The notes beneath the pieces were generated by a model. It saw only the letters and a program-made list of their open reading frames with translations. It had not been told where the DNA came from and searched no databases. A stretch of DNA of 64,000 nt from Phyllosticta citribraziliensis (Eukaryota). Positions 24,450-36,353 of this stretch are shown in pieces. The first letter of the stretch is position 1, and every line of letters starts with the position of its first letter. The stretch spans positions 1,116,001 through 1,180,000 of the forward strand of contig NW_027117338.1 in assembly GCF_038025025.1 (NCBI RefSeq), given 5' to 3'. Position numbers and translations under genes: made by a program.

Positions 24450-24552
24450 GGGTCTTACCGCGACTCGAACGCGGGGCCTCTCGCAAGCAGCTGTTTCCAG
24501 CGATACTCAGGGTGAACCCTAAGCGAGAATCATACCACTAGACCATAAGACC
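24450..24552 (-). tRNA. tRNA-Pro(AGG) with 31-nt intron (24516-24486)
   Basis: Exons are identical to those of the tRNA at 23745. Followed by a TTTTT Pol III terminator. Confidence 0.96.
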
Positions 24553-25427
24553 TGATCGTTGATTGTTGATAGAGAGAATGGCTAGCAGAGATTATGAAGA
24601 CCTGTCTTTGGGCAGGCTCGAGTTTCTGGAGCGGTCGGAAGATCCTTCGTGAGAAATTTGGAGTGCCGCAGACGGAGCAGGCAAGCAAGGGCTTGTATGC
24701 TGTGATTCGGAGCGTTGGCAGTCGTGATGGTGGCTGGAGACGGCAGTGTAAAGACCAGCTCGAAACCCTAACCACGCCGGAGAAGTAGATCAATTCGATC
24801 CAGTGCGGCAAAGACGGGGGCGTGGAGAGTGTGGCGATGGAAGAACGGTGATGGCGAGCAGGCAAGAAGAGTCCAATCAGCGCAATGTGAGGAGGAATGT
24901 TCATGGAATTGATCGCACATGTGGTGGACAGCAGCAGCAGCGACGGAATGCGGCTGAAGTGCAGTGGAATCGGGCGGGCGGCGAGACTTGACTTGCTCGC
25001 CGAAATCATTATTTTATCAAAGGTTCTTCTCCACGGCTCAGAAGTCGTGGCAGAGCTACAACTGACGTGAGACAGTCAGGGTGGGACTTTCGCAGCCAAA
25101 ACTCACGCGCGGATAGAGTTCAAGACATGGTATTTCGAGGGGAACAGGGGCAAGGGAAATCTGGCTTCCATGTTTGTGTGGGGAAATGCGCAACGGTAGT
25201 GACAAGTGGTTTTGTCTGAGGGCTTGTGGATTATTCTTGGGTCATTTGTTGGTTTTGTAGAAGTAAGAATGGAGAAAGACTTCAGATACATCTTGTATTC
25301 TCGACGCCTGCGATTCCAAGACTACGGACCGAGTCCGCAACGGATGAAGTAGAAGAAGCCAAGACGTCGAAGAATGAATCAAGCTGATACACGAAGGTCC
25401 AACACACTTGCTTGCTCGCGGCCACCT

Positions 25428-25626
25428 TCACTCACTCACTCAACCACAGCCCATTCAGCATCCACCACAAGTACTCACTCACTCACTCACTCGATTGCGT
25501 ACCTAGGTACACTCCCAAAACACAGACTGGCCCATTCTATAAGAAGAAACCGCCATCCATCCATACACACATCCGTTCCATCATGCAGCCAAACAACCAA
25601 CCAGTCGTCCGTCCGTCCGTCCGTCC
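25428..25626. repeat. Tetranucleotide microsatellite cluster downstream of RAL2
   Basis: (ACTC)5 at 25473-25492, (GTCC)5 at 25607-25626, plus shorter CACT, CCAT and CAAC runs. Confidence 0.8.
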
Positions 25627-26046
25627 ATGCTGCTGACACTGCCGCTGCGGCTACTGTTCAAGTCAAGTCCGAAAAGGCGAAGACGAAACGAGACCACATG
25701 GGCAGGCATACACACTTCAACACTTCAACAAGAGAGATAGAGAAAAAAGTGGAAGAACAAGAAGATGAAAAAGAAAATGGAGAAAGGGAAAATGGGAAAC
25801 ATGTCCCGCCCGCCTGCCCGCCATTTGCAACCGACCAACCAACCAACCATCTAACTAAGCTGACTGACAAAACCCGAAAAAGATCTTTGGGGGCCCAATC
25901 GACATCCGTGCCCATGGTTGTATCAGACAATCCACCCGCTCTTCCCACCGCCCGTTCGATCAGGCTTCTTTTACAGGTGTTGCTCCAACGCTTGGGGCGT
26001 TGCGCGTGTACATGGCCTCTGCATCCACATAGTCGTGCTATCAAAC

Positions 26047-29000
26047 TCACCCACTGCTGCTCCCCTCAATTCCCAGACCAACTTTGCCAGCATCAACACT
26101 GCCAGAGCCCTCGGCCGAGACAGACCCCTGGTGGCCGCGCTGAGCACCGCCGCTGCCGGGCGTCGACGCCATGCCCGCGCTGCGTGGACCGCCAGCGCTG
26201 CCGGGCCCAAGGCTCGACATGCCGCTGCCGCGGCCCATTTCGCGGATGCGACGGCCCTCCATGAGGCCGCGGAGCCCGCGCTTCTGCAGGCCGACGACGG
26301 CGCTGATCTCGCCCGCCCACACCTCGCGCTCGTCGCCGCCCATCATCATGGCCGGGTCCTTGCCCGTGTTGCTGGCCCAGTCGCTCGTCGCCGACGTCTC
26401 GGTCGACGCGCTGTGGTTGCTGCCCTCGTCATCCGTGAGCGGCCCGTTGGATGTAATGTCCGTGTTGATGCGCAGAGCGCGCATCGAGTCGTCCACGTCG
26501 CCCGATGCGCCGAGCGTGTTGGATGCCAGGCTGCCCTTGCGCGACTGGGACGGGCCAACTGCGCTCGACGTGAGGCTGGCCGAGGAGGCGGATGGATGCA
26601 AAGACGGACGCCTCGAAGTGGGCGGCCCGCTGACGAGCGTGTGGTCGTCGGCTTCAGAGGAGACGGAGGATTGACGGAGCTTGGCGAGGGCGTCGGCGCT
26701 GGGCAGGCCGGCAGCGACGCCGTTGAAGAAGGTTACTGAATCGCCGCCTCCGGCCGCCATGGCGGCTGCGTTGAAGATGGCCGCCGTATTGCGACCATCG
26801 AGGCGCAAGTGGAGACGTTCAATGACGGCCTCGAGAAGTCCATCGACGCGATATGGTCGCGCGAGCTGGAGGAGCGAGCAGAGGATCTGTGGAGTGCAAA
26901 GTGAAGAATTGGGTGGCGGAAGTGACGACGTGTAAAGATAGTGGGCGAGAGCTTGCAATGTTAGATGCGTGTGGGGAAGATAAAGAGTCCGAGGACGTGA
27001 AGTCGGATTGGGGTTCTCAGCGTTTGGCGGATCGTATGGGGTAAGGGTGCTGCCCGTGCTCCCGACAGTGGACGGGGTAACTGTCAGCGCCGTGCTTGCA
27101 GTCCGTATCGACGGCGTAATCGTAATGCTAGAATTGCGCCAAGGGTGGCCGCCTGTTGATGGTCGCAGCGTCGCGGCGTCCGAGGAGCCTGGATCTGATG
27201 CAACCGCGCCCTCGCGGAGCAGTTGATTGAAATACGGTCCCCACCGTCGAGCCACCAAATGCGAGTTGACGGGAATCTTTTCTCCTCCTATTGCCAGAAA
27301 CTCCATGTCTGCCAGCTCCCGCAATCCCAACGCCATGGCGCCCAGCTCCTCTGCTGCGGACAATAGTGGTCTTCCGCCAGTGACCAGCTCCGACTGCTTT
27401 TGTCGGAATGCCGCGCTCACGGACGCATAGTCGGAGGTTGGTGCTGTCCTGCGGGGGTTGTCGTAGAGTCCAAAAGCCTCCAGCTCGACAAGGCAAATGT
27501 TTGAAAAGTTGATGCGACGGTGGTTGTAGTCCTCGACGAGGCTCCTCTTGCGGTTTCCGAGAATGACAAAAGCGTTGCGCCGGTTCCATAGCACTCCTCT
27601 GTTCCAACTTCCTTGGCTAAAAATGCTTCCACCTGCATCGATGCGGCTCCAGGTTAATGTTCTAAGGTCGAGCGCCCACAGCGCGTACTCTTGCTTGGAC
27701 GATGTCAAAAAGGTGCCGCTGACGACGAAATGGTTTGCAATGACTCCACCGTTGGGGAAACGTAACCCAGGAGGCGAAAAGGTTCCGTGCATGGACTTCT
27801 CGGTCAGCGTACCGTCCGGTAATCTTACTTGGAGCTCCAGCTTGACGTCCAAAAAGTTATAATTCGAGTAGATGAGCATCGACGACCCGGTCTGCGTGTT
27901 TTCCGATTCTACCTCTTGTCCGGAAATATCTTCCTTCTTGGCTCCCGCTCCGATTGAATGAGCGGGTAATGTTGTAAGAGGTGCCACGACACTCCTATAA
28001 GCACCGCAGCTTCGCCCCAAGGTCGTGGTCGCAGTCCATTTTAAGCTCCTGAAATTGAATACACTGATTTGCTCAATGTAGTGGTTTGCGCTGTCTTGCC
28101 CGCCAACGACGACCATCTCGGCGCCTCCTGTCCCATCAAAGTCCACGCCAATAGATCCTTGGTTGGGCTGGTTCGTAGAAGCAGGGTTGTGTTGAATGGC
28201 CGAGAGGGTAGCGTTAGTCGAGGCGAAGACGGCGCTCGAGGGGAGAAGTGCCGCGCAGTGGGCGTAACGACCCTGAGGCGAATCGGTGGCCTCAATCTTT
28301 GTCCAAGTGCGGGAGTTTACATCAAAGATGTGGATATCAGACATGACGACAACCTCGGGCTGCGCATCCTGCGCGCTCTGGGCTGCTGATGCCGGCTGGC
28401 CGTTTGCTAATGCTGCTGGAGACATTCCTCCATAACAGACGAGTTTTGAGTCGCCCAATGGGCAAACACTGTGGAAATATCGTGGAGGTGGCACATCTCC
28501 TCTCGTTTCTAATTTGGTCCAATTCCGGCGAATGAGATCCAGTTCGTAGAGGTCGTTTGTCAGAGTTGGTCGCGTCCGGGATAAACGCCTTCCACCAAAG
28601 ACGTAGAGCTTATCCCCGAGGATGGTGGTTGTCGCCCCCACCAAAGGATGTGGCTCCTTTCCTGTCGTCCTGTGCACGTTGCACACTAGGCCTGACAAGC
28701 CAGAGGTTGACTGCGAGGGGGTCCCCAGACCCGCGGTTTGGCTAATCCCCGGTGAAGGTCCGGATGATGTCGGCGCAGGACGTCTAGGTTCGGAGGATTC
28801 TTCTCTGCCCATCTGGTTGAGGCTGGTGCTGCTGCTGTTGAGGCTTCGAGACATGAAGGAGGCGTTTGAGTTGCTTCGGAAATCTCTGTCGGGATATCCC
28901 TGGGAAGGGGACGGCTGCGACGTACTTGAATCCATCTTTTGGATTCTCCTGTCGCAGTCGTCCTGGCGAAAAGAGTCTGTACGGATCGGGGGGATGATCT

Positions 29001-29592
29001 CTGGTATGCTCGACTGCGGCGGGATGGGAGGTAGCACTGGCGGCAGAGACTCGCGCGGAGTCTGCGCGGGAGAGTCTGGTAATGTCTGAACAGGTTGCGC
29101 CCACTCTGGAATGACTATAGCAACATGTCTGGGCTTCGGTGCTCCTGAATCAACGGGCGCTTGGCGGCCTGCCCGCGAGTCTGAAGGCGCAGCGCACGTG
29201 CCCGAGACAAGCTTTGAACAGGTGCTGTCGATGGATTTTCGAGGACTGTCTGGGAGCACTATAGGAACATAACGGGGAATCACAATGGGGATGTGCTTGG
29301 GACGGGACGGCGCAACTGAGCCTGCGGAATTGGGCGACGAGCACGCAGAGCCACCAACGAGCCGAGTCGGAGTAGCAGGTTGAGGGGGAAGAGAGACTCT
29401 GCGCTCTGCGGAGGAACGAGCGCTGGACGACTGCTTCCGTGCGCGAAGCTCGGCGGAGAGGCCCTTTTTGGGTGACTTGGGCGATCTCGGCCGCCTCCAA
29501 GACAAAAAGGGCTGAGGCGAAGAAGAAGCAGAGGTCGGCGAGCTGGCGGCCGAGTCGTCCTTGGAATTAGAGAAGACGCCTAGCGGAGCCAT
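26047..29592 (-). CDS. RAL2: Kelch-repeat/BTB-like regulator, Ral2/Mds3/Pmd1 family
   Basis: Intronless ORF. Motifs PHPLVGATTTILGDKLYVFGG, PPPRYFHS, PPGLRFP, GSWNRG, RRWGPYF, RPRTLYLPH. An alternative in-frame ATG lies at 29727. Confidence 0.88.
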   Translation of the reverse strand: MAPLGVFSNSKDDSAASSPTSASSSPQPFLSWRRPRSPKSPKKGLSAELRARKQSSSARSSAERRVSLPPQPATPTRLVGGSACSSPNSAGSVAPSRPKHIPIVIPRYVPIVLPDSPRKSIDSTCSKLVSGTCAAPSDSRAGRQAPVDSGAPKPRHVAIVIPEWAQPVQTLPDSPAQTPRESLPPVLPPIPPQSSIPEIIPPIRTDSFRQDDCDRRIQKMDSSTSQPSPSQGYPDRDFRSNSNASFMSRSLNSSSTSLNQMGREESSEPRRPAPTSSGPSPGISQTAGLGTPSQSTSGLSGLVCNVHRTTGKEPHPLVGATTTILGDKLYVFGGRRLSRTRPTLTNDLYELDLIRRNWTKLETRGDVPPPRYFHSVCPLGDSKLVCYGGMSPAALANGQPASAAQSAQDAQPEVVVMSDIHIFDVNSRTWTKIEATDSPQGRYAHCAALLPSSAVFASTNATLSAIQHNPASTNQPNQGSIGVDFDGTGGAEMVVVGGQDSANHYIEQISVFNFRSLKWTATTTLGRSCGAYRSVVAPLTTLPAHSIGAGAKKEDISGQEVESENTQTGSSMLIYSNYNFLDVKLELQVRLPDGTLTEKSMHGTFSPPGLRFPNGGVIANHFVVSGTFLTSSKQEYALWALDLRTLTWSRIDAGGSIFSQGSWNRGVLWNRRNAFVILGNRKRSLVEDYNHRRINFSNICLVELEAFGLYDNPRRTAPTSDYASVSAAFRQKQSELVTGGRPLLSAAEELGAMALGLRELADMEFLAIGGEKIPVNSHLVARRWGPYFNQLLREGAVASDPGSSDAATLRPSTGGHPWRNSSITITPSIRTASTALTVTPSTVGSTGSTLTPYDPPNAENPNPTSRPRTLYLPHTHLTLQALAHYLYTSSLPPPNSSLCTPQILCSLLQLARPYRVDGLLEAVIERLHLRLDGRNTAAIFNAAAMAAGGGDSVTFFNGVAAGLPSADALAKLRQSSVSSEADDHTLVSGPPTSRRPSLHPSASSASLTSSAVGPSQSRKGSLASNTLGASGDVDDSMRALRINTDITSNGPLTDDEGSNHSASTETSATSDWASNTGKDPAMMMGGDEREVWAGEISAVVGLQKRGLRGLMEGRRIREMGRGSGMSSLGPGSAGGPRSAGMASTPGSGGAQRGHQGSVSAEGSGSVDAGKVGLGIEGSSSG

Positions 29593-30851
29593 GATTGTTA
29601 GCGGGACGATCGACGACGAGCAGTGGGCGGAGCGCAAATTAGGGAATATAGGGATGGATAGGAAGGGGGAATCCAGGGAAAAACGGCGCTCGCACTCGGT
29701 CTTGATTTGATCAGCATGGTGAAGCATGCTGATCTTGACTTGGTACAGGAACAAGGCGCAAGGCGGCGTCAGGTCAGATCATGGGCAGCAGCTGCAGCGC
29801 GTTGGCGGAGCGGTGCGGTGGATTCGAAGCCGGCCAGCGGCAGCAGCATGATGTTGCGTCGGCGGGAGAGGGCCCACGCCGTGTATTTGACGCGGGCCGG
29901 GGGGTGGACGGCTGTGTCACTGGACGAACGGGGTGTCTTGGACCAATTCGGAGGACGCATGGCCTGGACGAAGTGCGAATCCCGCGAGGGTGGATTTGGG
30001 GGGGGGTCGAGGGTATTCCCTTTGCATGACACGGGGGAGGGGGAGGTGATTCGCGGAGGTTGGACAGGGAGCGTGGGACAGCACAGGGAGAAGGGCGTAC
30101 CTTTTTTTGGGGGGTGGAGGGGGGGAGTCGAAAAATAAAACTAGGTTCAGACGAGGAGCGGGTACGGGACGGAGGCGTGTGGGGAGCGTTTGGCGTTTGG
30201 CGTGTGTGTGCAGCGCGGTGCTGTGTAATGGACGAACGACGAAGACGAACGGGCGTGGGGAGGTTCAGGTTGGTAGAGTTTGGTCTCGGTGATGATGCCT
30301 AAGCACACTGGCGGCACGCACGGGGGGATGGCACATAGGGGCCAAGCCGCTAGCGAGGCAAGGAAGCTCCCGACTCGACGCTGAACAAAGACGTCGACCA
30401 CATGCAACCACCGATTCTTCCTTGCCTTGGTTTGCTGCGCGCGGCAATTTTCTCTCTCGCCATCTCCATTGCGGCGTGCTACGCTACTCGACGTCGACGT
30501 GCACTCGACATATGCACCGCCGTTGCCAACAGCGTCAACTCAAGGCGTGCCTGGGCTCACACAAGCTACCTGCAGCTCCATTACATAAGGGCCCTGGCGC
30601 CGCCTCCCACCGCCTCTGCAAACGCCAGGGCCCTGCATGACACGTCGATTGTTCGTAATGTCTTTTCATTTTCTGTCTGTCACTCATTCTCTCTGGGGGT
30701 ATCTGGACGCGCTCGTCTCGACAAAGGCTTCCCTCGCCTGCTGCCATGGCGCCCATCAAAGCAAAGACTTGACCGGTTCTCTTGTTGCACTAGCTCGTCC
30801 GTCTTTGTCTCAGCCCTACTCCCGCATCCGCTCTGCCTCTCGATTGGCCAC

Positions 30852-31590
30852 TTACACGTTCGCGCTCGTCTGCTCCTTGGGCAGAGGCGTGAAGCGCAAG
30901 TACGGCTTGACGATCCTCAGGTTGGGGTAGATCTTCTGCGCGTCCTCCGTCTTGACCGTGGGGTGGACAATGACGTCGTCACCGGGGACCCAGTTGATGG
31001 GCGTGGTGATCTTGTGCTTGTCACCAGTCTGGAGAGAGTCGATGACGCGGAGAACCTCGGCGGCGTTGCGGCCAGTCGAGGCGGGGTAGGCGAAGATGGT
31101 GCGGATGGTCTTCTTGGGGTCGATGATGAAGACGGAGCGGATGGTGAAGGCAACGCCCTTGGAGTCGACGTTGGTGGCGTCCTGGTGGTCGATCCTGCGC
31201 CCAGTCAGTACCATGCTGCGTTCAATTGCCCGTCGAAAGGTCTTACATGTCGTAGGCGAGGGCGACCTTGCGCTCCTTGTCGCCAATGATGGGGAAGGCG
31301 AGGTTGGCCTGGGAGATCTCGTTGATGTCCTTGATCCAGCCCTCGTGGCTGTCAATGGTGTTGGCAGAGAGGCCGATGAGCTTGACGCCACGCTTGGCGA
31401 ACTCGGGCTCGAGCTTGGCGAAAGCACCCAGCTCGGTGGTGCAGACGGGGGTGTAGTCCTCGGGGTGGGAGAAGAGGACGACCCAGTTGTCACCGATGAA
31501 GTCGTGGAAGTCAATGGGGCCGGTGGTGGTGTCGGCCTTGAAGTTGGGGGCGACGCTGCCGAGGCGGAGGGGTTCAGGACGACCGGCCAT
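30852..31590 (-). CDS. PRX1: 1-Cys peroxiredoxin (PRDX6/Prx1 family)
   Basis: Exons 31590-31247 and 31194-30852. Motifs FSHPEDYTPVCTTELG, YPASTGRN, TPINWVPGDDVIV. Confidence 0.96.
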
Positions 31591-31600
31591 TGTGTATGTG

Positions 31601-31671
31601 CTGTGGGCGAAGAAAGATTTTGTCAGCGGGGCAGCGATGGCGGGGCGGGGCAGGAATGTTGTGGTACGTAC
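31601..31671 (-). other. Probable 5'-UTR intron of PRX1
   Basis: GTACGT donor, GCTGAC branch point, pyrimidine tract and CAG acceptor ending 10 nt upstream of the ATG. Confidence 0.7.
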
Positions 31672-33086
31672 GTGGAGATGGATGTTTTTGGGGTTGAATT
31701 GGTGTGGGATGGAATGGTGGCTTTGATGAAGAAACACAGGCAGGCCAGCGGGGTGGGGTAGGTATTTGTACGGGCAATTATGATGTGAGAAAGAAGATTA
31801 TTTCGCTCAGCTTCGCCGTCCGGATTTGGCAGCATAGCTATCACGCCATAGGGCGGAGAGCACAGCTGGCCGGCCGTGATTGGTGCGAGCTGCCTTGGTG
31901 GTGGAGAACAGCCGTGGCAGAATCGCCCAGCTAACGACACCACCGGACGGCCGCTGGCGCAATGTTATTGAATTTCGACGACAGCCCCATGACTAATTGC
32001 CATTGATACCACTTCTTCACCCTCTCTCTCGCTCTCCTCGCTCTCCCCATCTTCTCCCTCCCCAGAACAGAACACTTATTTGGTGCGTCGTGTGCTCCGT
32101 GCGCAGGTCCTCTTTTCCGCCCGGGCGCCGTTTTCCCCGCCACTGGACGACATCAACACCGTCACTGCCTCACCTTGATGTCCACTTCTGCACCTATCCG
32201 TCTTGCCGGCTTGTTGCTTCTGCTTCACAATCACAGCTTTCATCACGGCCCGACATGACTGCGACACCTTGCTAATCAGCTACATGTACCCGTTGGGCAC
32301 ATGTCCTCCGCCTTCAGCCACCCTCGCACAGGGCTGGAAAACGGCCCAGCCATCGACCCGGTCCATGTCGACGCTGACGCCATCTCTACTGCTTCTCCAG
32401 ACGACATTGCTCGACATAGCTCCCCGCATCTGCTCTGCCCTGCTCCGCTCCGCTCGCTTTGCATTGTCCGCCCTCGCCTCCTCGTCTTTGTTTCGCCATT
32501 GCCAATGCCTGTCGTTTCTGACCTCCAGTCTTTGAACGCGACGAGCGTCTCACGGCAGTCTGGCACAGCCTTGCCAAAGCCATGCGCCGCTAGTAGCATC
32601 TCGCTCGTGACATGGACACGGCCCGCACCCACAGTGTTGCGTGTCCTGACGCCCATGGACGCTGACGCTCAAGAGCCGGCCAGCTCGCAGTCGACGGCGA
32701 TGAACCTGGGCCATCATCGTGCGTCGCTAATGTGAGCCAAGGCACGAGGTCGTCGACTGCGCCGATGCGGCGCTGCCGACTTCCCAATCAAGGGCGCTTG
32801 TCGGCCACAGGGCCGGAATAGTACGCCACTCGCCCTTCTAACTGGACGGGAATAAGGGCCTCCCCAGACCGCTACCGGCACTCCATGTACTTTGGATGCG
32901 ACTCTTGCCTTTTCGTGGCGCTCTCGTGGGTCTTCCCCATGCCGTCATACCCATTCAGCGCTAGCTAGTCTTCCTCGTCTCCTCTGTACTTGAACCTTGA
33001 CTACTCCTCTCTTGTCTCCTCTCTCTCTGTGCTTCTTCCGTGCTGGCTGTCCATGCCTGTTGCATGGCACCAATTTTCTTGAAACC

Positions 33087-34915
33087 ATGGCCACCCCCGA
33101 GCTGGAGCTGCCTCCTTCGTCGTCGTTTACTACAGCTGCACCGAGTGGAAATGCCGCCGACATAAGAAACGCCACCCCAAGAGATGCGGAGAAGGAGCTG
33201 GATCTCGACAGGACGCTGCGAGAAACGACTTCGACCGACCACCAAGCAATCATTTGGCATTACCTCACCTTCGACACTGAACTCCCGGCCCCCTCGAGCA
33301 TAGAGCCACCCCACCCAGGAGCTCCTCCGCCACCAGAGTGTCCGAGCCTGAAAGAGTACCAAAATCCCTTTGACTGGTCGCCAAAGCACAAGACAATCAT
33401 CGTCTGGATATCATGCATTGCCACGGCACTGACTGCATTTACTGGAGGCTCCTACGCTCCTGCGGTAGGACAAATGACTGCCGAGTTTGACATTACCGAC
33501 ACTCAGTGCCTTACCGGAATCACCATCTTCACCTTTGGATTTGCCATTGCCCCCATGGCGCTCGCACCGTTTTCAGAGATCAACGGACGAAGACCGGTGT
33601 TCTTGTCTTGTGGAATTCTCTTCTGTTTATGCCAGCTTTGCTGTGCAGAGACGCAAATTTTTGCTGGCATGTTGGTGGCTCGCTTCTTCACAGGCGTCGG
33701 TGAGTGTTGTTGGTGGGTACCCCGTTCAATTGGATGTTAACCCGCAACAGGGGGTAGCGTATTTTCAACCATGGTCGGCGGAGTTGTCAGCGACATTTAC
33801 CACGCCCAGGACCGAAATACTCCAATGGCCATGTTTTCCGGGGCCGTGCTCTTTGGAACAGGTCTGGGGCCCATAGCAGGAGGGTGGATGGTGGAACATC
33901 TGACATGGAGATGGGTATTCTGGTTGCAGACCATTGTTGACGCGGTCCTCATGGTTGTCGTCTGTGTGTGCTTCAAGGAGACTCGTGGAAACGTCTTGCT
34001 CAGCCGAAAGGCCAAGGCTCTCAACGCCTGGTACGAAGCTCGCGAAGCTGCCGGATATTACAACTTTGACATGTCTTGCACCTCGGACGAGTCCAAACCT
34101 CGGACACCGCAGCGCATTCGGTGGAGGGTCAAGGCGGACGAGGAGCGAGCCACCCTTCGGACCATGATTGCCATTTCTCTGTTTCGACCATTCCACCTCC
34201 TCTTCACCGAGCCTGTCGTCTTCTTCTTTTCTCTCTGGGTCTCCTTTTCCTGGGCCATTCTCTACCTCACTCTCGGCGCCATTCCCCTCATATTCGAGAC
34301 GAATCACGGCTTTTCGATCGGCGAGGCCAACTCCATCTTCGCATTCATGTGCGCAGCAGGTGTCCTGTTCACGCCTGTCTGCATCTATCAAGAAAAGCTC
34401 GCGCGTCGGAGCGGCAAACTTCCAGATGGACCCGAAGAGCGTCTGTATTTTGCTTGTTTTCAGAGCATATTCATGCCGATCGGCATGTTCATGTTTGGCT
34501 GGACATCTTTCAGTTCGATTCACTGGGTAGTTCCCGGCTTAGCCATTGGTATTGCAACCATAGGCATATTTTCCATCTGTGCGTCTCCCACCCCAAAGTC
34601 TCACGCAAGAAAGAAATGAGAAGAAGCTGACATGACCCCGCCAAAACAGACCTCGCCACCTTCAACTACCTCGCCGACGTCTACCACCGCTACGCCAGCT
34701 CAGCGCTCGCCGCGCAGTCCTTTTGCCGCAACGTCATCGGCGGCTGCTTCCCGCTCGCCACCGTGCCCATGTACCGCCAGCTGTCGTTTGGCGGCGCGTC
34801 GAGCCTGCTCGGCGGCATCGGCATCGTGCTGACCCTCGTGCCATGGGTCTTAGCATTCTACGGGCCCCAAATCCGCGCCAGGAGCAAGTTTGCCAATGAG
34901 CTTTTGAAGAACTAG
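33087..34915 (+). CDS. MFS drug:H+ antiporter, DHA1-like family
   Basis: Exons 33087-33699, 33751-34578, 34650-34915. Motifs NPFDWS..K, APFSEINGRRPV, WRWVFW, ETRGNVLL, PEERL, YLADVYHRYASSALAAQSFCRN. Confidence 0.92.
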
Positions 34916-36244
34916 CTATTGCTGTGCTTCAACACCTCGGATATTCTGCTTAATCATCATCGACAGCAGTGAGCGCCACGCATGCATTTGGAGCGTTTGT
35001 CGTTTGACCTAGCATCTGACGCAAGTACTTTGTCTTGGCTTTATTCGGTTTGTGCTGTCTGTTTTGCGCATTTGCATAGACTTGGGCTGTATGCCCCCAT
35101 GCGGACCGCCCGGCGCATGATCCGCTTGCACACATGTTCAACATATGTGTGTACAGGCGGAGAGGAGGTGCGGCGTCGGCGGACGAGACCACGAGGCTAC
35201 GATTGACACGGCCGGAGACGATGCGACACATCTGATACACGACGATACCAAGTAGCGCGCCATGATCATTCTTCCAGCCTTCTTCTTGCTTGGCCCTCAC
35301 TTAGCTGAGGGCGAGAGATACCTCGATGCTTGCTTGTACTGTATGCTAGCAACGTCTTCACAGCATGGAAATTCATCAATGCGATTCCAATTCCTCTCGC
35401 TCGTCGTCTCATCCTCCTCGGAGAAACCCTACCTACCTGTACCTTGCCCTCTCTCATAGACGGCGAGTGGAGGCTGTCTGCTCCGCTGGCACGTTTGTTC
35501 GCTGGCACTCGCTACTCCACCCGGACAGCCCAGGATGCCCCCGCGTCCCACGCGCACGACGATACTACGCCGCACAGGAGCAGCCTTGCTGGGCGCGGGC
35601 TTCCCTGTGTGCCTCGTCTCGTGCACTTTTTCTCCTCTTCTCTCCCTTTCGCTGGAAGGGAGGCTGACCTGCCTGACGTATGTACGTGTCCGCTGGCTCA
35701 CTCACTCACTCACAGGCTTGAGTGATTGCTCTACCCACGCCCCCCGCATACCCCAATGCGGCTTTCTTTGTCTCTTCCGATTCCCATTTCTCATGCTGCC
35801 GCTGCCGCTGCATGCAAGTCACCTACCCACGGCGGATTGATGGAATGAGCCGAAGGAGGGAGAGCCTCCCACGCGCGCGGACGGGCGGGCCGCGCTCTGC
35901 TGTACGTACGGCATCCCAGGGAGCAGCACCGCTGATACCGCCGCGCCGCCGCTGCCGCTTCTTCTGCTGCTGCAGGGCTGCGTGTTTGCTCGGAGCAACT
36001 ATCTACGTGCCTACTGCAAGAGATCCGGCGGTTCGGGTCATGTGGGTTGAGGTGGTGGAGAGATAGGTAGATAGTAAAAGAAATAGATGTACATGCCCAA
36101 CGAGGCGTCCTGCTTACCGTCACGTCCATGGAGTTGTGTACCCACGGTGTCTGGATGCTTGGATAGATACTCACCCACCACCTACCTATCCATGGAACCG
36201 TCCATTTGCGTGTGCTCAGTGATTCGTTACACCCGACCCGACAG

Positions 36245-36353
36245 GACGACGACGACGACGACAACGACAACAACAACAGTCATCAGCAGCAGCAGCAAGT
36301 GCAGTCTCACAGTCGCGTGGGCGCCACCACCACCACCACCACCACCACCACCA
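36245..36353. repeat. Compound trinucleotide microsatellite
   Basis: (GAC)6, AAC/GAC units, (CAG)4, and (CCA)10 at 36324-36353. Confidence 0.85.

Noticed and set aside
24763..24773. AACCCTAACC telomere/template-like word
   Set aside because: Single short match with no repeat array and no recognisable pseudoknot.
25374..26739. Long plus-strand ORFs (296 and 273 aa)
   Set aside because: Antisense shadows of the GC-rich RAL2 3' end and its microsatellite-rich 3' flank.
31591..31737. N-terminal extension of PRX1 resembling a mitochondrial presequence
   Set aside because: It starts at GTG, has no in-frame ATG, and the presequence-like part coincides with a canonical 5'-UTR intron.
32301..32735. 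144-aa ATG ORF in the PRX1/MFS spacer
   Set aside because: Low-complexity promoter-like sequence with no motif support.
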